This document shows positions 58,628-64,000 of a stretch of 64,000 bases of DNA, piece by piece (the first letter of the stretch is position 1; every line of letters starts with the position of its first letter). Origin of the DNA: Candidatus Iainarchaeum sp. Lineage in GTDB: Archaea > Iainarchaeota > Iainarchaeia > Iainarchaeales > JAAZKV01. Under the pieces are notes generated by a model. The model searched no databases, was not told the DNA's origin, and saw only the letters and a program-made list of their open reading frames with translations. The position numbers and the translations under genes are program-made. Where the stretch lies: contig JAPLVR010000006.1 of assembly GCA_026397015.1 (NCBI GenBank), positions 156,081 to 220,080 of the forward strand, given 5' to 3'.

Positions 58628-59164
58628 ATGCCTTTCAAATCGATTACCAACCTGATGTTAGTCAAAGATTTTTTGGACATAGTAGGGGGTCAGGACGCGG
58701 CAACACTTGTTAAATTGTGTGAAAAGAACCGAAAAGGCACAACAGACGAGGAAATATCAAAGAAAATGAAGTTAAGGGTAACTGAAATAAGAACAATTCT
58801 TAATAAGCTGCATTACAGAGGCATTGCTGAATACCAGAAGACCAGAAACCCGAAAACCGGGTGGTATAATTACACTTGGGAAATAAAGAAAAAAAGGATA
58901 GCTAATCTGATAATTGAACAGCAAAATGAAGTTCTTGAAAGATTGGCGAAGAAAAAAAATCTTGAAACAGAATACAGCCTTTTTGACTGTATAAAGTGCA
59001 GTGAAAGGGCGCCATTTGAAATTGCCGCAGAATACAATTTTATCTGCCCAAACTGCGGAAACTCAATGGAATCGGCAAATAACCCAAAAAGAATTAAAGA
59101 AATTAATTCAAAGATGAAAAAAATTGAACAGGAATTGGAAATTTTGAAGAAAACAAATGAATGA
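58628..59164 (+). CDS. tfe: Transcription factor E
   Basis: TDEEI, IR..L.KL, GWY.Y.W, F..A.E..F.CP.CG. Confidence 0.93.
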   Translation: MPFKSITNLMLVKDFLDIVGGQDAATLVKLCEKNRKGTTDEEISKKMKLRVTEIRTILNKLHYRGIAEYQKTRNPKTGWYNYTWEIKKKRIANLIIEQQNEVLERLAKKKNLETEYSLFDCIKCSERAPFEIAAEYNFICPNCGNSMESANNPKRIKEINSKMKKIEQELEILKKTNE

Positions 59165-59362
59165 AAAACACAAATTCCTGGACAACGGAAAGAGCTAAAA
59201 TTGAAATTATTTAAAGTAATAAAAAAGGATTTTTTATTAAACTAAGCCAATAGTAAGTTTTTTTGGAACAAATAAGGTGAAATAGGCTTTTTTTTATTAA
59301 AAAGAGCAAATTATTATCTTAAAGTTGCGCTTTTAAAGATTTTGCAATAGAAGGAAATATAG

Positions 59363-59437
59363 AGCGGGGTAGGGCAGCCAGGAGTGCCCGTCGGGCTCAT
59401 AACCCGAAGGTCGGAGGTTCAAATCCTCTCCCCGCTA
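59363..59437 (+). tRNA. Initiator tRNA-Met(CAT)
   Basis: A1:U72, GGG/CCC anticodon stem, loop CTCATAA. Confidence 0.95.
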
Positions 59438-59989
59438 TTTTTTGAATAAAATGGGGATTTTCGCCGATTTTTGGCAAGAAAATGCACAAATTCATATACA
59501 TAATAGCTGTTTTTTCAAAATTTTTTCATGCACACCTTTTAACTAAATTTGACAAAAATAAACAATAAAACAAAGTTAACCTCAGAGAGCCAAAATTAGC
59601 CAAAAATAAGGACATCACTTTGACCCCCTTTGATCTAAAATTATCGATTATGGCCTATCGAACCAAATAACACGAAAGAATCATGGGATTGCCAAATGAG
59701 GAGGCCACACAAAAACAAGGCAAAGTTGAGTTGAGCGCACCAAATATCAAAAATCTCAAAAATAGAGACAAAGGGACAAATTAGCAAAAAAATGAAAAAA
59801 TACAATGCCCTAACTCTGGCAAACAATTGCAACCAAAATCCATATTTTCAATCTCAAATTAAATCTTTCAAAAAATTCTTAAACAAGGCATCTCACTTCA
59901 ACTAAAAATAGTGCAAGTTGAGCAAATTTAGTAATTACCAGTAACTACGGTCATTAACTATCATTACAGTAAAGATTATAAAGGATTAT

Positions 59990-60008
59990 GGTCATTATAG
60001 TAATGACC
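59990..60008. promoter_or_regulatory. Palindromic operator GGTCATTA-N3-TAATGACC
   Basis: Perfect 8-bp inverted repeat between the TATA and the ATG of the wHTH gene; extra GGTCATTA half-site at about 59949. Confidence 0.55.
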
Positions 60009-60012
60009 AAAA

Positions 60013-60447
60013 ATGGCAGGGATACTTGATTTTATAAAAAATTTGTTTAAGGGTGTCAATAAGCCAAAAGAGGCGATTGAGCAAGCGAGCAAAATATACG
60101 CCGAACCGGAAAAGAGAAAAATAGAGATTCATTCAATCTGGGATTTCTTAAAAATTAACGAAAATACACAAGTGATTTACCTAATAAGTGTAATAAGGTT
60201 TGATGAGTGGGTTACAATGGACGAAATAAGGCAAAGAATATTCGATTTGTTTCAGGTAAATTACCAAAATGAGCGAAGCCTTTACCCCTATTTGAAAACA
60301 ATGGTTGATTTGGGCTTAATGGAGATAAACAACGTTGGCGGAAAAAGAAAATGGCGAAAAAGAGATTTGCTCATAAAAATAGAACAAAAGAAAAAAAGTG
60401 AGGAAGAGAAAGAAGAAATCGCTGTTTCCAGTGAAACAACTGTTTAA
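60013..60447 (+). CDS. Winged-helix DNA-binding protein
   Basis: W.T..EI...I, SLYPYLK.MVDLGL.E....G..R.W pattern. Confidence 0.6.
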   Translation: MAGILDFIKNLFKGVNKPKEAIEQASKIYAEPEKRKIEIHSIWDFLKINENTQVIYLISVIRFDEWVTMDEIRQRIFDLFQVNYQNERSLYPYLKTMVDLGLMEINNVGGKRKWRKRDLLIKIEQKKKSEEEKEEIAVSSETTV

Positions 60448-60467
60448 AAAGCACGATTTCTTGGACA
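60446..60467 (+). repeat. 22-bp inverted repeat, left copy
   Basis: aaaaagcacgatttcttggaca; exact reverse complement at 61250-61271. Confidence 0.85.
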
Positions 60468-60534
60468 CCCCTTACAGCCAAGCGCTAAATTTATTAAAAT
60501 GAATATAATGCGTTTAAAGGCCAAATTCGGCAGT

Positions 60535-61137
60535 TTATTGACTCTTTAAATCTCTAAATGTTTTATAAAAATCGGAAAGCTGCTTAGACTGTGAGTAAAC
60601 CGAAACGAACCAGTCGAGCTCCGCAATCGAACTTGCCCCCTTGACAAGCAGTGCCTTGCTTCCTGCTTCGGGCTTTTTTTCAATTGCTCTTTTCATTTCA
60701 TCAAAAAGACTTGATGGGCCGTCTTTCTTTTCTACAAACCTTCTGGAAATCAATTCTTCAAGAGCAGAAATAACGGCCTTTTCTTCAACATCCTTTTCAT
60801 TCAAAAAATAAGTGCATTTCCAATCTCCTTTTACCCTCCATTTGTGAGTCGGATTATTCCCTGTTTCGAAAAAATTTTGCAGGGATTGGAAGGCGGATTG
60901 CGGAACAATCACGCAATTTTTTCCCGGTCGGATGAAAGGATATCCCGAAAGAACTCCTGGTCTGTAGTAGTGATAAACTTTTCCGCTTGATTTATACACT
61001 GCCTGGGTGTAACCATAAATTGCTCTAAAAAGTTTTTGATAAGTGTAAGACGAGTGCTTAACCGATTCAGGAATTATGAATCTGTATTGAATAAAATAAG
61101 CCTTTATGCCCACACCCCCCACTTCCATTAATAACAA
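60535..61137 (-). CDS. Hypothetical protein enclosed by the inverted repeats
   Basis: 200 aa; LFRAIYGY...Y.YYR.GVL...P motif, tentatively Cas2/VapD/PaaX-like fold. Confidence 0.6.
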   Translation of the reverse strand: MLLMEVGGVGIKAYFIQYRFIIPESVKHSSYTYQKLFRAIYGYTQAVYKSSGKVYHYYRPGVLSGYPFIRPGKNCVIVPQSAFQSLQNFFETGNNPTHKWRVKGDWKCTYFLNEKDVEEKAVISALEELISRRFVEKKDGPSSLFDEMKRAIEKKPEAGSKALLVKGASSIAELDWFVSVYSQSKQLSDFYKTFRDLKSQ

Positions 61138-61249
61138 TAAATAAATATAAAAAACTCTTTATGTATAATAATAATACATAAGTATCTACTATCTTTATTT
61201 AAATTTAATTGCGAGAAATTTTTTATTTCATTAGGTTTTAAGCTGCGAA

Positions 61250-61271
61250 TGTCCAAGAAATCGTGCTTTTT
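61250..61271 (-). repeat. 22-bp inverted repeat, right copy
   Basis: tgtccaagaaatcgtgcttttt. Confidence 0.85.
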
Positions 61272-61425
61272 TCCTTTGTTTATTGCCGTCCATTTTTTGA
61301 AATCCCTGAATGTGATTTGATTAACGGAAGTGGGGTGCCTGGGTAACTATTAAAAAACAGAAAATTGCGGAGACTGCGCTCCGCGCAGAGCAAAAATAAA
61401 AAAAAGGAGAAATTGAAAATAGTTC

Positions 61426-61749
61426 CTACCTTTTGTATCTTCCCGGTCTCAAACTTCCTGGTCTGTAAATTGGGCCCCTTTGTGGTTCTTCTTCAGGTTC
61501 TTCCATAATTGGTGCCCTTCCGTCTACAACGATTATGTCCTTGGCAGACTTTACAGTCCTGTAAGAAATGCTTTTCTCGCTCAGGATTTTCTTTGCTTCC
61601 GCCTTTGACTTTACTTTCAAAGGTTCAGTAGTTATTTTCTCCAATCTCCCCTTTTCCAGGTCGATTATGATATCGTACACCTTTCCCTTGTAGCCACCGT
61701 CAGCGTCGTAAACATCCATTCCGAATAGTTTTGACAATCTCATGCTCAT
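61426..61749 (-). CDS. PRC-barrel domain protein
   Basis: LS.L.GM.VY..DG.Y.GKV.DIIID...G, I.Y..V....DIIVV. Confidence 0.88.
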   Translation of the reverse strand: MSMRLSKLFGMDVYDADGGYKGKVYDIIIDLEKGRLEKITTEPLKVKSKAEAKKILSEKSISYRTVKSAKDIIVVDGRAPIMEEPEEEPQRGPIYRPGSLRPGRYKR

Positions 61750-62051
61750 CTTTAATCACCCGCTTTTACTATACGAATAACAAAGAAGTATTTAAATCTT
61801 TTTATGATGGAAAGAAAACTCAAATTTCCCATTTCATCTTTATTATTAGAATTATGGGGCCACTTTCACACTTCTACATACCGACTTTTTTCGGTTTTTT
61901 TGGCGAAATAAAAATATTTTTGAGGTTTGAAAATTGAAAAAATATTTTCAAAATGAGAATCGATGAAAGTGGAAGAAAAGATAATGTAAAATCTAAAAAG
62001 TGACAATTTTGTAAGAATTTTTTATTATTTTTTTATTTAATGTTTTTTCTT

Positions 62052-63173
62052 TTAGAGTTTGTCCAGCGGGCTAACAATTTTTTTGAGCTGCTCACTTGCA
62101 ACATTCGTATAAATTTGCGTCGTGCTCAAGCTGCTGTGGCCAAGAAGCGACTGAATATATCTGATATTTGTTCCCCCTTCAAGTAAATGCGTTGCATAAC
62201 TGTGACGCAATGAGTGCGGCGTAACGTGTTTTGTTATTCCCGCTTTTTTCGCCGAATCCCTGACGATTCTTTGAACCGTATCCGTCGTTATTGATTTGCC
62301 GTTTTTCTTCGAGAAAACGAATTCGCTGGGGATTTTTTTGTGCTTTAAGTATTTTTTAAATTCCTTGGTCCAGTCTTTTGAGAGAATAATCAATCTGTCT
62401 TTGCTTCCTTTTCCGAACCTTATCATCGCGGTTCTTTCTTTCAAATTAATGTCCTCAATTTTGAGCCTTACAACTTCCGAAACTCTGCACCCCGAGCCGT
62501 ACATGAGTTCCAGCATCAATCTGTTTCTTCCAAATCGCGTCGCGTGAAACAAAATCCTTATTTCATCCCGTGTCAAAACCTTTGGAAGGGCCTTACTTTT
62601 TTTCGGAATATTGATGTCGTCAAGAATTTTTCTTTTTAGCATCTTTTCAAATAAGTATTTTAGCGCCGCATGGATAAGGGACAACGTGGCATTTGAACAG
62701 TTTTTCTCCTTCTTATACGCCAAATAGGATGTTATATCACGTTTATCCACAACTTCAGCCGGTTTGTTCATGTGATAGAGCCCTTCCCTCGCATAAATCA
62801 AATACATTTTAAGCGTCTTCGGCGAGTAGCCGCTAATTAACAGTTCCTGCCTGAATTCTTTCAATAATCTCTCGAATTCAGGGTTCTCTTTTCGCGGAGC
62901 ACCGTTATTTTTTTGAGCTTGGTTTTGCCCAGTTGAAGCGGAAGTCTGCGGAGCATACAGTTTTTGAGCTTCAAAATTTTGATTTTCAGAAATTGGTTGC
63001 GGAGCAAAAGGTTCAGAACTTTTCTGATCCCCATTTCGCGGAGCATTGTTTTCTGGATTTTCTGGATTTAGTTGTGATGGGCTGTTTTGCGTAGCAAGTG
63101 TTTCCGGATTTTCCGCATCAGTAGTGCCCGATTTGTTCGCCCCAGACAGAGGATTATCCTGCATTTCGTTCAT
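62052..63173 (-). CDS. xerA: Tyrosine recombinase XerA-like
   Basis: GCRVSE, GKG.KDR, TPH.LRHSYATHLL, LLGH....TT.IY; long disordered N-terminus. Confidence 0.9.
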   Translation of the reverse strand: MNEMQDNPLSGANKSGTTDAENPETLATQNSPSQLNPENPENNAPRNGDQKSSEPFAPQPISENQNFEAQKLYAPQTSASTGQNQAQKNNGAPRKENPEFERLLKEFRQELLISGYSPKTLKMYLIYAREGLYHMNKPAEVVDKRDITSYLAYKKEKNCSNATLSLIHAALKYLFEKMLKRKILDDINIPKKSKALPKVLTRDEIRILFHATRFGRNRLMLELMYGSGCRVSEVVRLKIEDINLKERTAMIRFGKGSKDRLIILSKDWTKEFKKYLKHKKIPSEFVFSKKNGKSITTDTVQRIVRDSAKKAGITKHVTPHSLRHSYATHLLEGGTNIRYIQSLLGHSSLSTTQIYTNVASEQLKKIVSPLDKL

Positions 63174-63426
63174 GGCAGTATTAGGGCTTTAAGGGTTAAT
63201 AAGTTTTTGCGAATCAGGGCAAATCCTATAAGGCAGTCAAGCTTCGAAATGTCCGTGCAAATAAAGAATTCGGAAAAGTTTTACCGGAAGATTTTTTGGG
63301 GCTGTTTTGGCACAAAGCCAATACACTAATCTGGGAAAAAGACCCGAAAATCCGTGTTATTTGGAAAAAAAGCAATCCGACTCATGTTATATTAGAAAAA
63401 TAATTTAAATTGGGTTCAGGGTTTCA

Positions 63427-63786
63427 TTACCTTCTCTTTCTATTGATTCCACCAGTTTTCTTTACAAAGCTTATTCCCACTTTAGGCAATTTCCTTGAAT
63501 GTGCTCTGTCCCGCATACGCCTGGCAATCTTTAACTCTGCATCAAATAACGCTTTTTTCACCATCCGTTTCCTTATCTCCGGGCTCGCGTCTTCGAAATG
63601 TACAGGTTCCGTTCCCGCAGGTTTATAGACTGGCAAAAGTTTAAGGTGTTCAAATACCTGTTCCGGGCTCGATCCAATAAGAACACCCAGCCGCCTTATC
63701 TCTGCAGGGGTTAACCCGCCCAAGCCGAGGTGATTTAAACTCCTTTTTGTAAGTCCCTTAATTTCCCACTCTGCTTTTTCTACCAT
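63427..63786 (-). CDS. Hypothetical protein with basic C-terminus
   Basis: GGTTGTG SD before MVEKAEW; ends NRKRR. Confidence 0.55.
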   Translation of the reverse strand: MVEKAEWEIKGLTKRSLNHLGLGGLTPAEIRRLGVLIGSSPEQVFEHLKLLPVYKPAGTEPVHFEDASPEIRKRMVKKALFDAELKIARRMRDRAHSRKLPKVGISFVKKTGGINRKRR

Positions 63787-64000
63787 TTTTTCACAACCTT
63801 TGCAACTGAAACAAATATTATATTGCAGTTCGGAAGTATAAAAATGTTTGCCCACAAAAGACTCTGGGACAAAAGTATATAAAGGGCTTATTTTTTTGTT
63901 TTTGGGATGATGACGTAGGCTGTTTTTCCCAAGTGTTCTTTTAAGCAGTCGATTTTTGCGCCAGTCCCGTATTTAGTTACTATTTTGATATAATATCCTT

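Noticed and set aside
59363-63173. Integrated element at tRNA-iMet mobilised by the tyrosine recombinase
   Set aside because: No duplicated tRNA 3' end was found in the window, and the recombinase looks like chromosomal XerA
1-64000. CRISPR array, cas genes, rRNA or transposase
   Set aside because: No regularly spaced repeats, rRNA signatures or transposase motifs were seen

Overview
This window looks like chromosomal DNA of a reduced, AT-rich archaeon. The archaeal informational genes, BRE/TATA promoters and BHB tRNA introns fit DPANN, and an Iainarchaeota/Diapherotrites-like identity is my inference. Housekeeping genes include rps17e, rpoK, herA/nurA, iscSU, pth2, hjc, dnaG, two tmk, thrC, rnp4, the rps19e-ftsY operon, srp54, SRP RNA, RPA, radA, tgt, aTrm56, tfe and xerA. 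There are 8 tRNAs, 3 with introns. Less explained features: (1) a CACYGGCAY box at fixed spacing upstream of the BRE/TATA of radA, nurA-herA, an inactive PolB and a nuclease, suggesting a DNA-damage regulon; (2) a dispersed set of very basic orphan proteins carrying zincin, kinase-like, JAB or HEAT domains, possibly effectors; (3) a RelA-like long RSH divergent from an HPF-like gene; (4) a palindromic mini-element shared by tRNA introns, tRNA flanks and an intergenic region; (5) a perfect 22-bp inverted repeat around one gene near xerA; (6) several frameshifted genes. All calls come from reading motifs by eye; no searches were run.
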